A DNA stretch of 64,000 nucleotides from Nitrospirota bacterium (GTDB lineage: Bacteria; Nitrospirota; UBA9217). Shown here in pieces: positions 1 through 10,933 of this stretch. The first letter of the stretch is position 1. Every line of letters starts with the position of its first letter. The notes beneath the pieces are model-generated. The model worked only from the letters and a program-made list of their open reading frames with translations, was not told the origin of the DNA and ran no database searches. The stretch lies in contig CAWIIS010000004.1 of assembly GCA_963836175.1 (NCBI GenBank), forward strand, positions 47,480 through 111,479. The letters are read 5' to 3'. The translations under genes and the position numbers were made by a program.

Positions 1-81
1 GCCATCATCAGCAGAAACCAGGTTGACCTTTTTATCAGCGCTACCGTACTTTTTTATTCTTGGAATGAATGACCTTGAAGC

Positions 82-606
82 TTAATGGCCGAAAAGATCG
101 CGGTGGTCCGGACCGGGGGATTCAAGCGCCCGCTCCAGATCCGGATCCAGCCTGATATAGGCTCTGACAGTCCCGTTCCGCAGGGAGTAGGAAACGAACA
201 GCACATCGCTCCTTCCGAACTCCAACGGGGAATAGAGTGGCCTCACCTCATAACCGATCGTTCCGCCGGCGTCATCGATGATCCTGCGGAGCTGCGTCTG
301 GGTCGCGTGCCGGACGCTGCAACGAACAAAAGAATCAGCTTCCTTGAACGCTTGCGGTCCGGTCAGTCCTTTTTTTACCTGGTACGAAGTCGGGGTATCG
401 TAGATTTCAACGGGATACCTGCTCCCGTCTTCGAGCAGAACCGCAAGATTCTTAATGTCATCGGGATAATGACAGCCATAAAGCAGAAGGGTGTAGGCGC
501 CTTTCAGAGCGGCAGGGTCCGCCGAACCGGTGGTGAGCTGTTTGCCGGCACCGCAGGCTTGCAGCAAGAACGCGAGGAGCGGAATAAGGAACAAGGGCCT
601 GATCAT
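82..606 (-). CDS. hypothetical lipoprotein
   Basis: ORF 174 aa; N-terminal signal peptide with lipobox LLQAC-G; no recognisable catalytic motif. Confidence 0.5.
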   Translation of the reverse strand: MIRPLFLIPLLAFLLQACGAGKQLTTGSADPAALKGAYTLLLYGCHYPDDIKNLAVLLEDGSRYPVEIYDTPTSYQVKKGLTGPQAFKEADSFVRCSVRHATQTQLRRIIDDAGGTIGYEVRPLYSPLEFGRSDVLFVSYSLRNGTVRAYIRLDPDLERALESPGPDHRDLFGH

Positions 607-718
607 TTCGAGTCCTGCTTTCTTTAAGCCAGATCAAAACGTTGATCCGAAAGAATAAAAAAGGGCATGACGTTAGTCATGCCCTGTATTTTCATCCTTT
701 CGGCTGCCTCCGCTTCCG

Positions 719-988
719 TTATGCGGCTTTCTGATGGAACGAGCGGATCATCTCCGGGGTAAACTTCCCCACTTCCACGATCCTGGCTTTGCTCTGCAGG
801 AAGGTCGGAACGATCTTTACGGCATCTTCACGGGTATTGGCGTCAATGATCGCATAACCCGTATGGTCGCCTGCCATGCAGCCATAATCAAATTTCCCCA
901 GGACTTCCGGTCCTTTTGCAAGTTCCTCATCTAATGCTTTGAGGCAATCTTCCGCATTGTGCGGTGTCTGGACCAAATAGCGCTTCAT
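719..988 (-). CDS. small conserved hypothetical protein (89 aa)
   Basis: compact ORF ending with a 5-nt spacing to an upstream GGAGG-like RBS; no family motif recognised with confidence. Confidence 0.4.
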   Translation of the reverse strand: MKRYLVQTPHNAEDCLKALDEELAKGPEVLGKFDYGCMAGDHTGYAIIDANTREDAVKIVPTFLQSKARIVEVGKFTPEMIRSFHQKAA

Positions 989-1328
989 AGCATCCTCCTC
1001 TTAAAGTCCGAAGCCGCATTGCCATTAACGACCTTCGGACTGGATACAGGATATCTGCGGTCCTGTTACAATTTCACTATAGCACCCCGGAAGGACCTTG
1101 TCAAAATGAGGAGGGGAATCCTTTAGCCTCAGGTTTTTTTATTTTTGGAGCCGCGCTTTCGCCTTGTAGTAAGCACCCTGTGTGCATGACCGGAAAATCT
1201 TCAACTCCCTGCCGGACACCCGGGATACCCCAAAAATACCCCATCGAAAACCTTGCAAAGGCGGCTTGTCTACAGTAATATCGTTCAGCGAAATCATTTT
1301 TTTTCCCGGGTGCGGTGGGAGGGAGTAT

Positions 1329-2102
1329 ATGAGCGAGACAATGCCACAGAGCGCGTCGAAGGGTAAGGGCTCTCAGCAGCAGATCGTTTTGGTCGTGGAT
1401 GCCCGACCCATGCGGCAATTCTATACCAGCATCTTCCTGCAGCGGCTCAAGTACCAGGTCATTATGGCCAGGACAGCGGAGGACGCTCTGCTCTTTCTGG
1501 GGCTGACCGTTCCGCTGATCATCATCACCAATTACGACCTTCCTCAGATAACCGGGCTTGAGCTCCTGAAGCGGGTAAAGCACGACCGCCGGACGCGAAG
1601 CGTCCCGCTCATCGTCTACACGTCCAATCGGTCGCCGGAGGTCCGGCAGGTTTGCGAGGAAGCCGGGTGCTTCGCCTTCCTGCGCCATCCCTGCAGCCTC
1701 GAAATACTGTATGCAGCGGTCCAGAAGGCCACCCAGGCGAAGCCCCGTCGCTTCGTCCGCCTTACCACCGCCCTGAACGTGGTCGTGGGGAACGAGCGAC
1801 CGGCGACCGGCGCACCCGGAGAAATCATTACCGCCATCTCGGAGCGGGGGATGTTCGTGAGTGCCTCTGTCCCTCTCGCGCTCGGCAAGATCCTTCCCTT
1901 CGCGTTTTCCCTGCCGAACGCGCCGGGCTGGATCATCCGGATCGAGGGGCAGGTCCTGTTCAGCAACTTCGGCGAGAACAAGGCCATGATCCCGGGCATG
2001 GCCGTGAAGTTTTTGAAGATCGGCGATTATGAGCAGTCGCTCGTGCGGGAGTTCATCAAGCAGGAGCTGATGGAGGGGATTGTAATCCCTGAGAACTCAT
2101 AG
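1329..2102 (+). CDS. response regulator with receiver domain and C-terminal PilZ domain
   Basis: ATG at 1329 preceded by GGGAGG; receiver motifs (VLVVD...D...LP..TG..L...K) followed by PilZ-like RxxxR...D/NxSxGG-type segment. Confidence 0.75.
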   Translation: MSETMPQSASKGKGSQQQIVLVVDARPMRQFYTSIFLQRLKYQVIMARTAEDALLFLGLTVPLIIITNYDLPQITGLELLKRVKHDRRTRSVPLIVYTSNRSPEVRQVCEEAGCFAFLRHPCSLEILYAAVQKATQAKPRRFVRLTTALNVVVGNERPATGAPGEIITAISERGMFVSASVPLALGKILPFAFSLPNAPGWIIRIEGQVLFSNFGENKAMIPGMAVKFLKIGDYEQSLVREFIKQELMEGIVIPENS

Positions 2103-2162
2103 CGCGAAGTGATATTTTTTTCTGCTGCTCGAAGCTGCCCGGAAGGTGTCATAAAGACTAAT

Positions 2163-3233
2163 TCACTTGCGGGTCGTGAAGTTCCAGGAGTAATCCTTCG
2201 GCATCGCATTGCCTGCCAGGTCCCTCGCCCCCGCTTTCACCCGGGCAGTGAACTTCGTATCTTTCTTAAGAGCGCTGGACGGCGTGAAGATAGCCGTGGC
2301 ATTGCCGTCGCTGTAACTCACCGTGCCGGTAACGATAGCGCTGCCTGCATTGAGTGTAAATATGATGGTTGTCGGGTCCACCGGCTCGCTGAAAGTCACG
2401 CTTGGTGTTATGTCCACGGCCACGCGTGTGGCTCCTGCCGCAGGGGTAGTGGCCGTGACAACGGGTGGCGTGGTGTCCTCAGAGGTGACAATGGTCGAGA
2501 AGCTCCAGAAATAATCATTCGGCATCGTGTTGCCTGCCAGGTCCCTCACCCCGGCGCTGACGGTCGCCAGGTACTGGGTACCGTACGCCAGGACATTCAA
2601 CGGGGTGAAGACAGCGGTCGTGCCGCTGTAGCTCATGGCGCAGGGAACGGCAGCGCCACCGGTGCTGAGCGTGAATACGATGGTTGCAGGGTTTACCGGC
2701 TCGCTTAAGGTAATAATAATCGGTGCATTCGGCTGAACATTGACATTCCCGTTTCCCGGCGTGATGTCCGCCACGCGGGGAGGTGTCGTGTCCGATGATG
2801 CCGTCCCCGTGACGAATGAGCTGAGGTAGGGAGCGGCCAGGGGAATCCCGTACAAATCCTTTACACCGGTGTCGACAGTGATTTTATAGAGAGTCGTTGG
2901 ATTCAGGATGGATGACGGTGTGAAGACGGCGGTGGGGACACCGGCGCTGTCCTTGTACGCAATAGATCCCGGGACATTGTTTTGGCCGGTAGCAAGCGTA
3001 ATCGCCTGATCATTAATGGTTGAGGCGTCCATCTTTTCGCTGAACAGTATCGTGATGCCCTCACTCTGGTTGACCGGGACATTCACCGATCCGTTGAGAG
3101 GAATGGTGGAGTCCACCTGGGGCGGCGTCTCGTCTTGAGGCGGAAGCGGCCCCTCGCGGCCGCATGCCCCGGGCAATGATGCCAATGCGAGAACAACCGC
3201 TAATAGTATTGACGATTTTTTCATACCCTTCAC
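2163..3233 (-). CDS. lipoprotein with three tandem Ig-like (SbsA/Big_5-type) domains
   Basis: signal peptide + lipobox LPGAC; three ~100-aa repeats each ending ...TV..GV.DLAGN.M, also visible as nucleotide-level repeats. Confidence 0.6.
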   Translation of the reverse strand: MKGMKKSSILLAVVLALASLPGACGREGPLPPQDETPPQVDSTIPLNGSVNVPVNQSEGITILFSEKMDASTINDQAITLATGQNNVPGSIAYKDSAGVPTAVFTPSSILNPTTLYKITVDTGVKDLYGIPLAAPYLSSFVTGTASSDTTPPRVADITPGNGNVNVQPNAPIIITLSEPVNPATIVFTLSTGGAAVPCAMSYSGTTAVFTPLNVLAYGTQYLATVSAGVRDLAGNTMPNDYFWSFSTIVTSEDTTPPVVTATTPAAGATRVAVDITPSVTFSEPVDPTTIIFTLNAGSAIVTGTVSYSDGNATAIFTPSSALKKDTKFTARVKAGARDLAGNAMPKDYSWNFTTRK

Positions 3234-3563
3234 GCTTTTTACTTATGCCCGGTGAGGCATTGCCGATGGACATGCGTCAGATCAGCAGGAAGGTACACCA
3301 GACAACCAGGTAGTGTTCATGATTTCACTTTTAACTAATATCTAGCATAAGGCAACGGCAAAGTAAAGGCTTCGAAAAGACGTACCGAGGGAACTCTTCC
3401 GCTGTCGTCCTTTTCATTGCTACATTGGTATTAGGATCATCGTCTCGAAGTTCAACCTTCAGACCAGATACAGGACACATATTGTCTCTTTTGTAAAAGT
3501 TGTGGTATAATTGAAACTGAAAAAGGAAGAAGTTTACCGTGAAGTGAAAGTGAGGTGGCAAAA

Positions 3564-3986
3564 ATGAAAAGCATCGTATCGATAATTACCGTAATCGGGT
3601 TCGTTCTGTTTCTCGGAACGGCCTATAACGAAGCTGCTGGTTCCCTGTTGGATGCGCTCGACCCGAGCAAAGTTCCCGGCTATGTAGATCCTGAGACCGG
3701 GTTCGTTACTCCGGAGTCACAACCGTTATTCATCATCGAACGGGGGTCGGCGGCAGGCGGCATCAGCACGGAGCATGACACGTTCCTGAACTATATCGAC
3801 CCGAGCAAGGTTGCCGGTTGGGTTGAGCCGGAGACCGGGGCGGTCAGCACGGGGCAAATGACATTTGCCGCAAGCGGATCGGCGGCAGGCGGCATCAGCA
3901 TGGAGCATGACACGTTCCTGAACTATATCGTCCCGAGCAAGGAGCGCGGTTATGTTGATCCGGGCACCGGGGCTATTATTTGGTGA
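3564..3986 (+). CDS. secreted repeat protein (internal ~40-aa tandem repeats)
   Basis: ATG 3564 after GTGAGGTGG RBS (track uses GTG 3555); signal peptide; repeats SAAGGIS(T/M)EHDTFLNYI(D/V)PSK...PETG. Confidence 0.5.
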   Translation: MKSIVSIITVIGFVLFLGTAYNEAAGSLLDALDPSKVPGYVDPETGFVTPESQPLFIIERGSAAGGISTEHDTFLNYIDPSKVAGWVEPETGAVSTGQMTFAASGSAAGGISMEHDTFLNYIVPSKERGYVDPGTGAIIW

Positions 3987-4083
3987 CCCTGAGAAGGAGA
4001 TCGTAGTGCGTACCGCGGAATGAATAGCAGCCGGGCGGCCAGCACTGCTGGCCGCCCGGTTTGCTGAAAACATTCAAACGTGC

Positions 4084-4629
4084 TTACATGAAATGATAGA
4101 TGACCCCGAAGTCGACTGTTTTCACAGCGCCGTCGCTTTTAGAAGGAGTGTCAAAAGAGACCGTGGTTTTTGTCCACCCCGCATGAACAGAAAGTTCCCT
4201 GAAGAGATACAATTCGACACCGAACCCCCACTGCCCGCCGTCGCTCTTGGCCGTGGATACAGCTGTATCAATTTCATAGTGCCCATAGCCAAAAAGGAGA
4301 TAGGGCTCAACGGTCATTATCTGGGCGTTGTCAAGGCTCGTCAGGGGGAAGTTCAGCTTCAGGTCAGCCGAGAGGCCCGTGAGGTCCACGGATGGACCTC
4401 CGGTCACATCGTGACTGGTCGCGCTGTAGTTTGCCTCCAAAGCAACATATCTGTTAAAGCCCATGCCCGCGCGCAGCCCCCAGCCGGTTCCTGAGTCGAC
4501 GTCCGTGCCGGCGTCTCCTGAAATAGTGTTGGTCGGTATGAATGCCCCGAGGTAAAATCCCTCCTTCGCCATGACCGGCGAAACCATGAGTGCCAGAACA
4601 GCAGCTGCCAGCAACAAGATCCTTTTCAT
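4084..4629 (-). CDS. outer-membrane beta-barrel protein (OmpA-like TM / OmpW-like porin family)
   Basis: AAAGGAGA RBS then ATG (MKRILLLAAAVLALMVSPVMA signal peptide); alternating amphipathic strands; C-terminal aromatic YHF. Confidence 0.6.
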   Translation of the reverse strand: MKRILLLAAAVLALMVSPVMAKEGFYLGAFIPTNTISGDAGTDVDSGTGWGLRAGMGFNRYVALEANYSATSHDVTGGPSVDLTGLSADLKLNFPLTSLDNAQIMTVEPYLLFGYGHYEIDTAVSTAKSDGGQWGFGVELYLFRELSVHAGWTKTTVSFDTPSKSDGAVKTVDFGVIYHFM

Positions 4630-4731
4630 ATCAACGTCTCCTTTCAAAAATTACTCGCAATGCATCCCGCCAATAATAGCAAAACTTCCTCTGATGTCAA
4701 GCGTAATACCTGCCCTTTTCGGCCGCGCATG

Positions 4732-6780
4732 CTACGACTCCAGAACCGCCCTGATTTTTCCGGCAAGATCGACCATGCTGGCCGGCTTTGACAGAAAATT
4801 TTTTCCCTCATCCATCAGGTCCTTCTGTTCGATGACGTCGGCGGTATAGCCGCTCATAAAGATGGCCTTGATGGCCGGTTTTATTTTTTTAATTTCCTCG
4901 AGCGTCTCCCTGCCGCTCTTTTTCGGCATGATGAGGTCGCAGAGTATGAGCTGCACGCGGTCCTTGTTTTCCTGAAAGACCCTGACCGCATCTTCTCCGT
5001 CCGCCGCTTCCAGCACGGTATAGCCAAGCTCCTGGAGCATGTCCTTCGTCGCGAACCTGACGTTCGGGTTGTCCTCGACCAGAAGGATCGTTTCGGTCCC
5101 CGAAGGATGAAGGGCCTGGTCCTCCTTCGGGGCTTCGCCGCAGCCCGATGTGCGGTGAGGGGGAGGTAGATCCTGAAGCTTGTTCCGCTCCCGGGTTCGC
5201 TTTCAACTCTGACCAGGCCGTTGTGTTTTTTGATGATCCCGTAGACAATGGCCAGGCCGAGGCCCGTTCCCTTTCCAACCTCCTTCGTGGTGAAGAACGG
5301 CTCGAAGATGTGCTCCCGGGTGCTCTTGTCCATGCCGCTTCCGGTATCCGAAATAGTTATGGTTGCATAAGGTCCGCTAGCCATTTCCTCTGTATCTTCC
5401 GCCAGGGTGGTCCGCTCCGAAGTTATCGAAAGCTTCCCGCCATGGGGCATGGCATCGCGCGCATTGGTGATAAGGTTCATCAGCACCTGCTCCAGCTGCC
5501 CGGCATCCGATTGCACCATGAGCTCCCCGTTCGCGCAGGTTACGGAAAATTCCACGTCCGCGCCGATCAGCCTGCTCATCATTTTTTGAAATCCCAGGAT
5601 GATCTCGTTGATATTGACCGGCTTCAGCTCGAAGGCCTGCATTCCGGCTGAACGCGAGCAGGCTTTTGACCAGCGCCGCGCCCTGTTTCGTTGCCGTCAG
5701 AATGCGATCGACAAAATGCTTCCTTTCATCGTGAGCATCTAATTTCTTTTGCAGAATGCATGCATAGCCCATGACAGCGGCCAGGACATTATTGAAGTCG
5801 TGCGCGACGCCCCCTGCCAGGGCGCCGATCGCCTCCATCTTCTGCGCCTGCCGCAGATGTTCTTCGAGCTTTTTCTGCTCGGTTATGTCACGAAAATACC
5901 AGACCCGCCCGTAATAGTGCCCGCGGTCCCCCATGATCGCGGAAGAATACCGGTCGAAGATGCGGCCGTCCCGCAGGTGAATGAGGCCTCTGCTCGTTTC
6001 GCTTTTGTGTTCATACAGATACTTCACTTTATCAAGGAATTGCGCCGGGTCCGCGATTTTATCCAGTACGAACCTCAGCGCTCCTTCGTCGGATTTCCGG
6101 GAAATAATGTCAGCGGGAATTCCCCACATCTCGACAAAGCGTTTGTTGTAAGAGACCATGTTCCCCGTTTCATCTACGATCAGAATTCCGTCAAGAGATG
6201 TTTCCTGCTGGGTCGCAAGGATCGTGTTCCGGTAGAGGAGTTCCTTCTCGATGCGCTTTCTCTCGACGATCTCCTGCTTCAGTGCCTCGTTCGTCCGCTC
6301 CAGCTGCCCCATTTTCTTTTCGAGCTTTCGCTGCAGGGTCGCATTGTAGTCCCGGAAAAACACCCCTTCGTCCGTTTGCGGCTGTTGACCGGGCACGAGC
6401 GTGCCCGCATGTATGTCCTTCAGGACCTCATGCAGCATCCCGATCATTTCATCGGGCCGCGTCGGTTTTACGATGAACCGGTCCGCGCCAAGACTGAGGG
6501 CGAACTCCTCGTCTTTGGGTTCGGTGTAGGTGGCCGTATAGAACACAAAGGGGATTTGCTTCAGCCGCTCGTCGGCTTTCCACTGCTTGCAGAGCGAAAA
6601 TCCGTCCATGACGGGCATCAGGATATCGGTGATAATGACGTCAGGCGGGCACTTTCGTGCCAGTTCAAGGGCCTCGGCCCCGTTCACAGCCGAGCTCACT
6701 TCGTAGCCGTTCCCTTTCAGGAGCGTTTCGAGCATATACCGGTTTTCGGCGATATCATCGGCGATCAGAATGCGGGTCAT
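4732..6780 (-). pseudogene. hybrid sensor histidine kinase (REC-PAS-HisKA-HATPase-REC) interrupted by two single-base frameshifts
   Basis: three track ORFs (5377-6780, 4881-5642, 4732-5040) join into one domain series; frame changes near 5641 (LLAFSR|MQAFELKPVN) and near 5130 (C4/G4 run). Confidence 0.7.
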
Positions 6781-7172
6781 AGCGGTGTTCCTCCGGAGGG
6801 GGTCCGATGGGCGAGATGGGATTCGATCTGCATGAGAAAGGTTTCGGGATTGATCGGTTTTTCGATATACCCGGTACAGCCCGAGGCAAGCGCGCGTTCC
6901 CGGTCGCCCACCATGGCATAGGAGGTCACCGCGATGATGGGAGTATGGGCAAGGACGCTCGATTCCCGGAGTTTTTTGGCCACGTCATATCCGTCCATTC
7001 CGGGCAACTGGATATCCAGCAGAATGAGCTCCGGTTGGATGCGCGAGGCGGCCTCGATACCCTCCTGCCCGTCACGGGCCGCGATCACCTCATAGCCGTT
7101 TTTCTGCAGGAGATAGGTTATGAGATAAAGGTTCTGTTCATTGTCTTCGATATAAAGGACTTTCCTGTTCAT
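6777..7172 (-). CDS. CheY-like single-domain response regulator
   Basis: 131 aa; D-D...D...K receiver signature; ATGA overlaps with both flanking kinase genes. Confidence 0.8.
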   Translation of the reverse strand: MNRKVLYIEDNEQNLYLITYLLQKNGYEVIAARDGQEGIEAASRIQPELILLDIQLPGMDGYDVAKKLRESSVLAHTPIIAVTSYAMVGDRERALASGCTGYIEKPINPETFLMQIESHLAHRTPSGGTPL

Positions 7173-9494
7173 GACTTCCTTTCTTCCATTGGCAGCGTGA
7201 ACGAAAACGTGCTTCCCTTCCCCGGTTCGCTTTCAGCCCGGATCGTTCCGCCCAGCAGCTCCACCAGCCGCTTGCAGATCGAAAGGCCCAGCCCCGTGCC
7301 TTCGTATCTTCGCGTGATGCCGCTTTCCACCTGGTAAAAGGGCTCGAACAGCTTGGGCAGGTCCTCTTTCTTGATGCCGATCCCGGTGTCGGCGATCGTG
7401 ATCTCGATGCGATCAGCGTCGAGTTCGGAGCTATGGGTTTGTAGTTCGGGGTAAGCACTTTGCTGTTCCGAACTCCGGACTCCCGACTCCGAACTGTCTT
7501 TACTCCCGACTCCCAACTCCGTACTCCGAACTCTCAGTGCATTGATATGCACCGAGCCCCCCCCGGGCGTGTACTTGACCGCATTACTCAGCAAATTGAG
7601 AAGGACCTGCTCGACCCGCCGGTGATCGCTGGTTATCGTGCCTATGGTGTGGTCGATCTCGACCGCGATGTCCAGGCCTTTTTTTTCCGCCAGCGGGCGC
7701 ATGGTTTGCACCGTCTTCAAAACAGCCGTTCTCAGGTCAAAAGGCGTTGAAGCGACTTTCAGCTGTCCTGCTTCGATTTTTGAAATATCCAGGACATCAT
7801 TGATGAGCGCAAGAAGATGGTCCGCGCTGTTTTGGACCATTTCCAGCTGCTTTTTCTGTTCATCGTTGATGGGTCCGGGCAGGCCCTGACGCAGAATGCC
7901 CGTAAAACCGATGATGGAATTGAGGGGCGTTCGCAGTTCGTGGGACATGGTGGCCAGGAAGGCCGACTTCAGGCGGTCCGCTGCCTCGGCGCGGTCCCGG
8001 GCAACGGCAAGCTCTTCCAGCGCGGTGCGAAGTTCATTTTCAGCCCGCGACCGCTCCTCGATCTCGCTCTGCAGCTTCGCATTCGTGTCCTCGAGGGTCG
8101 TCGTCCGGTCCTTGACGAGTTCCTCAAGGTGGTCCTTATATTCCAGCAGCTCGTGCTGGGCCCGTTTGCGTGCGGTGATGTCAATGGCGCTGCCGACCAC
8201 CAGGGGAGTTCCCTCCGCATCGACCCGTCTGCCGGTAAAAAGAAAACATCTCTCCCCTTCCCGGGTATTGATCCTCGCTTCCGCTTCGACCTCGCCGGTT
8301 CTGAATGCTTCCCTGATGGAACGCGCGATGATTTCCTTGTCTTCCTCATGGATATTGCGCAAACTGCTCATGCCCTGCAGTTCCTCGGGAGCCAGTTGAT
8401 TGAGATTTTGCAGATAGCGGTTCCAGCGAACGAGGCGGCCGGCAGTGTCGATCACATAAAAGGCCCCGGGCACGCTGTCGATGATGATCTCCGCGAACGC
8501 CTTTTCCTTTCTGAGGGCCGCTTCCCGCTGCTCCATCTCCTGATTGATCTGTTTCAGTTCCCGGGTGCGCGCATCGACCCGGTGCTTCAAGACGAAGCTT
8601 CCGGCCAGGCTCATGATCAGCACCACCCCCGCCACCGGGCCGAGGATCTGCACCCATGCCGGCAATTTGAACTGCACCTCTTCGGAAGTCCATCGTTTGA
8701 GCGACGCATAATACACCGATTGATGGTCATTTTTTAAGCTCAGAAAGGTGACGGTCGATGGCGCCGAGCAATCGTTTGGGGTCGCTTTTAGGCGCCGCGA
8801 AAAAGAGCTCGGCCGGGTCGAACATGACCGCGGTATCTTCAAGTCCGGCCTTTTTTGCGTGCATCAAGCCGTAGAAACGGTTGGTGATGGCGGCGTCGGC
8901 CCTGCCTTTGGCGACCATCTCAAAGATGGTCTTGTAATCCGGTACGGAAATAAGCGTGACGCTTAATCCGAAGCTGTTTGTGAGCCGTTCAAATGTGTTC
9001 TGCTGAATCGAATGCTCCAGAACGGCAACGCGTTTTTCATTCAGGTCCAATATTGATTGGATCTTGCTGCCTTTTAAGGCATAGACCTGCGACCAGGAGG
9101 ACAGGACCGGGACCTCGTGAAAAGAGTACATCTTTTCCCGGTCCGCCGTATACGCCACATCGGGCATGAGATCGATCTCCCCTTTTGCCAGGCGGTCCAA
9201 TCCCTCCGCCCAGGTGCCGGACAAGTAGCGCAGTTCCCATCCTTCGCTTTTCGCTATGTGCTCGATGATATCGATAAAGATGCCTGAGGCTTTGCCGGAC
9301 CCGGAGGTGAAGACCTTCGGGGGATTTTCATAGACGCCGACAGTCACCGTCCGGACATCGGCTTGTGCGGGAGTGGTTGCAAAAAATGAAACAAGCAGCA
9401 GGGCGGAAAGGGTCAAAGAAAAGACGGGAAGCAGAGAAAGAATACGAAGCAGGAAAAAGGGGGGGCCCGTTCTGTGTTTATTGTTCCCCAACAT
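7169..9494 (-). pseudogene. periplasmic-binding-domain (SBP_bac_3) - TM - PAS - histidine kinase, split by a frameshift at an A6 run (~8730)
   Basis: SBP ORF 8727-9494 (start MLGNNK at 9494, AAGGA RBS) ends ELKK*; removing one A gives ELKNDHQSVYYASLKRW...TM...PAS-HisKA-HATPase of ORF 7169-8842. Confidence 0.65.
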
Positions 9495-9958
9495 GGGAGT
9501 CCTTTCAACCGAACAGTCATCGCGCAGGCCCGCTGACAAGCCGGTACCCACCATAAGACTATACCAGATAGGCTATTAGTTGCAATAAGAAATGTTTGTC
9601 GGTAATCGTGATATGAAGGCTCTGAGGCAAAACAGCCAGTTCCGATTGCCGGGCTTTTATTTTCCAGTCTTTCATTTCTGCATGAGGTGGCGACACGATA
9701 AACAGCGGCGCGATACTCTGTGCGAAGGGGCGGAACTGGCAGCAGTTTCCTTGCGATTTCGCTTACGCCCCCTCCCTTGACAGCCTTTCCGCCCGGTGCT
9801 AGCTTTAAACCACAATATTGCCGGGTTTCCTGCAGCACAGGGATTGCGGAGAGAAGAGCCGGACTGCTAAAGGATGATCTTTGGCAGCCGGTTTTTTGTT
9901 TTCAATGTAAGGAAGTAATTCCAATATGCGGCATTAGTCCGGAACAAGGAGGTGTGCC

Positions 9959-10399
9959 ATGTTAGTTCGCAAATCAACTGCAATGTGGGAAGGCGGTCTG
10001 AAAAACGGCAAGGGGACCATGAAGATCGGTTCGGGCGCATACGAAGGAAAATATTCCTTTGCCTCGCGGTTCGAACAGGGAGCGGGGACCAATCCCGAGG
10101 AACTGATCGGAGCGGCCCACGCCGGGTGCTTCTCCATGTTCCTGTCCATGGTCCTGGAGCAGGCGGGCTTCAAGCCCGAGCGCATCGACACGACCGCCCG
10201 GGTAGGTCTTGATAAATTGCCTCAAGGCTTCAAGATCACGACGATCGAGCTGGAGACCGAAGGCAGGGTGCCGGGCATTGACGAAAAGACGTTCCTGGAA
10301 AAAGCCGAAGCAGCCAAGAAGGGATGTCCTGTTTCCATGGCGTTGACCGGCGTTGAGGTCAGACTCCGGGCTCGGCTCGCACCCGCGAAAGCCGCCTGA
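9959..10399 (+). CDS. osmC: OsmC family peroxiredoxin
   Basis: 146 aa; OsmC signature AHAGCFSM and C-terminal CPVS; GGAGG RBS. Confidence 0.8.
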   Translation: MLVRKSTAMWEGGLKNGKGTMKIGSGAYEGKYSFASRFEQGAGTNPEELIGAAHAGCFSMFLSMVLEQAGFKPERIDTTARVGLDKLPQGFKITTIELETEGRVPGIDEKTFLEKAEAAKKGCPVSMALTGVEVRLRARLAPAKAA

Positions 10400-10516
10400 C
10401 GTGCTTGCGAAGCCGGAACGATGATCCGGTAAACAACAATTGGCCGCAAACCAGGAACGCAAAGATCGCCGAGAAAGATCAAGCGTCAGGTCATTGCCTG
10501 AAAGGAGTGTAGAACC

Positions 10517-10933
10517 GTGAAACAGAATACAAAAAACATAGTGATGGTCCTTGGGCTTTTCCTTGTAATGTCGATCGCGTTGTATAACTGCGGAGGAGGA
10601 GGAGGCGGTGGGGGCGGCGGCACACCGCCAACGTCCACGGTAACGGTTGTGACCTGTCCTGTGAGCGGAACCACCGACATCTCGATCGTGAACAGCACGG
10701 CTTCGGGCTTTAGTCAGGGCGGTGTGACCGTGCCGATCGATGCCACGGTGAAGTGGACCAACAGTGATTCGACACAACACACGGTGACCAGCACGACCGT
10801 GCCGTCCAATGGCACATTCAATGCCGTAGTAAACTCCGGCTCATCGGTCTGTCTGAAGTTCACCGCAGCAGGCGCGTTTAACTATCAATGTTCAATTCAC
10901 CCGGTCATGCAGGGATTGGTGACGGTACAGTAG
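10517..10933 (+). CDS. cupredoxin-like (type-1 copper, plastocyanin/azurin-like) lipoprotein with poly-Gly linker
   Basis: GTG start; lipobox LYNC-G; Gly10 tract; candidate Cu ligands H(QHTV)...C(YQC)..H(SIHP)..M(VMQG). Confidence 0.6.
   Translation: MKQNTKNIVMVLGLFLVMSIALYNCGGGGGGGGGGTPPTSTVTVVTCPVSGTTDISIVNSTASGFSQGGVTVPIDATVKWTNSDSTQHTVTSTTVPSNGTFNAVVNSGSSVCLKFTAAGAFNYQCSIHPVMQGLVTVQ

Noticed and set aside
5749-6921. 390-aa plus-strand ORF
   Set aside because: Antisense to the clearly domain-bearing hybrid kinase. Its composition is typical of a GC-rich reverse frame, and it has no motifs.
7817-8737. 306-aa plus-strand ORF and several 100-170-aa ORFs in 7.6-8.7 kb
   Set aside because: Opposite strand of the PAS/HisKA kinase. 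Arg/Ser/Pro-rich junk translation.
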